A stretch of 64,000 bases of DNA, taken from contig CM119371.1 in NCBI GenBank assembly GCA_051294905.1, positions 15,750,001-15,814,000 of the forward strand, given 5' to 3'. Shown here piece after piece: positions 61,763 to 64,000 of this stretch (its first letter is position 1; every line of letters starts with the position of its first letter). The notes beneath the pieces are model-generated. The model ran no database searches and was not told where the DNA came from. It was given only the letters and a program-made list of their open reading frames with translations. A program made the position numbers and the translations under genes. The stretch is from Botryllus schlosseri. Taxonomy: Eukaryota.

Positions 61763-64000
61763 TGCACATTTCCATATTTTTGTCGTATTTGGTTCTTAGG
61801 GGAAGAGTACCCAATAATCAAAACATTTGACAAGTTAAAGTCGCGCCAATTGGGGGGTTTGGGGTGCGGCAGTTACGGCCCTGGCCTATGGCATACAATC
61901 CGTTACGAGTAACGGTAAAAGACAGCTCAGTTTTGATTCATATCAGCTAGCAGCGGTTGATGCTTCGACGCGTCGATATGGAAATCGTCATTTTTAATTT
62001 GACATGTACAAAATTTCAAATCTTTGTCAGATGTACATACATCACGCCTAGCAGTAAAAATCAAACCCCATTTAACTACATAAAAAGATATCAATAATTA
62101 CGCTATATTTGAAAGTAGGCGAAGAGTTGATTATCATCATCCACCTGGGGGAGCTGTCTCTATTGTATTGATAACCTGGCATATGGCATGGCGATGGTCC
62201 TCCAATCATACTACAACACACCCCACTGCTATCCACTGCGCGATAATAAGTAGTGAAATTTGAAATTTCGGCGATTCTGCTATCAATAACCCGATATGAT
62301 ATCGTACTATTTCTTTGTTCACGAATGTTCAGTTTATGTCAGTCCACAAATGAGAAAAAGTCATCTTTCTTTTACGAAGAAATCGATTCAGTGTTGGGAT
62401 AAAGTAACTAACTTCAGGTCACAAGTCATCTCGAATTATTGCACATATTGACTCGAGTCAAGTCGAGTCACTCGATTTTTGGAGATGACTCGAGTCAAGT
62501 CAAGTTACAATTCAAGTCAAATTGTCTTTTCGAAATACGAGGTAGGATTAAAGTCATTGCATTCGCCATCCAGGACAGAATATAGAATTAAATGGACATG
62601 CAAGAATGCGTTGTATAGCTCACGCATTCAAAGAATTGCTAAACAACGGAAGTTAGCTGTGTATACTGTGTAAAGTGAGCCGGAAAGTTGCCCTTAAAAA
62701 AACGTGAAATAACACAAAAGGGTATATTTCTGGAGTCGAGTATTTATCAGTTTTCCGGATTTTTCTCCAGTATCATAGGTCTGAATATTTTGAAAAAGTT
62801 TGCTCTTTTCGGATTTCCAAAAGGTAACCCTAGTAGGCCTATAACCATTGATCTACTGCAGATGAATCTTTCAACAGCCAGAAGTTCATACCAGAACATC
62901 AGATACTACCTTGCCACACCAATTCTACTATGATAAGCTGTAGGAACAGCCATACAGAAGTGGTAATGTGGATCTCAGGGTTCGGTTATTTCCGTGATTC
63001 TACCACCCAATATTGATCGACTTTTTGTGTGTCGACCTTCAATGGTGATGCTTTAAGAACTCGCCAATGACTGGATCCTCATCCCCTGACCAATTTTCCC
63101 TTAACTTTTGTCGAGTCTGCGCACAGTCACCAACTCACTGCGCAGACCCTTGGACAATAACAGTGCGTAACGACTAAAAATAGAGTCATCACTTCGGATT
63201 TTTTGTGCGCAACTTAGATTTTCTGTGCGCAGAGACCGTGTCAGCACTGCGCATTCGCTCACGTGCGCAACTTAGAGGGAACATTGCCTCTGACTTTGAG
63301 CAAATAACCATGGCCCACTTACATTTTGTCGTTGGATGTGAACATTTCATTTTAATCATGTACAGAACAGAAGAATGCCATTAGCTTTGACGCCATACAA
63401 TGTTGTGTCCTCGTCTTGCTACATTATCATCGGCCCATTTAACCAATATATTATATTTTTATATATATTTTAGCCAGCTCGCGGTTTCGCACCTTCACAG
63501 GTGAGCGAAGGCCCAGCCCATTATGCACGCTGAACAACAGCACCTTGGTAAAAGAGGCTCTCCTCGAAAACAGACCCTGAATTTCCCCATCTCATGTCAA
63601 CCTACTATTGCTCGACCTGTTTTCAATTTATTTGTGACGCGTGACACGACTAGAAAGACTTTGTATTACATCAATGCAGCTGGCGGGATGATCCGCGGGA
63701 GTCTCTAAGGATCGCAACGCTGCAGCTCGTATTTTATTTTTGAATGGAGTTTTACTAAATAAAACTGTCTCTCTCTCATTGGAAGTATTACTTCTACTTG
63801 ACAATTTCAAAATATCGAAAAGTCACCAAAGTCGATGAAGTAGAAGTACAAGAAGCGAAAAATTAGTTCTACTCGTGGCAGTACATGAAGTAGAGAAAAA
63901 TTAGAAGTACTTCTTTACTGACCATCTCTGTCGTATTGCAGATACCAGTACTGATAGACGAAATACCAATAATAATAATGTGGTCGCTTACTATTCCTCG

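Larger units (their letters stand above)
59608..61883. mobile_element. Non-autonomous hAT-like element (CAGGGCCGTAAC family), copy 3, inverted, containing LTR element C
   Basis: Perfect CAGGGCCGTAAC TIRs. 8-bp TSD GCCTATGG at 59600-59607 and 61884-61891. Confidence 0.93.

Overview
Eukaryotic, AT-rich, transposon-dense genomic DNA. The LU/trefoil/FN3 exons and MITE families suggest a marine invertebrate such as an ascidian, but the taxon is inferred only. (1) 18672-33165 is a 14,494-bp, almost fully palindromic element: two 6,755-bp inverted arms around a 984-bp spacer, AGTAGT...ACTACT termini and a 6-bp TSD (GACTTG). These are Polinton/Maverick end signatures, but I see none of the Polinton core genes; the one long clean ORF per arm is a tandem OB-fold, RPA/SSB-like protein. 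(2) 1111-14586 is a nested stack: a decayed Gypsy element holds an intact single-ORF Gypsy, whose 5' LTR holds a P-element derivative, and a hAT element sits in the outer 5' LTR. The stack lies inside the transmembrane exon of a host gene. (3) That minus-strand host gene can be rebuilt by hand from splice sites as LU, FN3, LU, trefoil and TM exons from about 42404 to 1092, and is probably a pseudogene allele. (4) An intronless BTB-BACK-Kelch ORF. (5) A short integrase-only LTR element inside another hAT copy; it and the outer Gypsy lack a tRNA PBS and may self-prime. (6) Many MITEs with readable TSDs. All calls are from manual reading; no searches were run.
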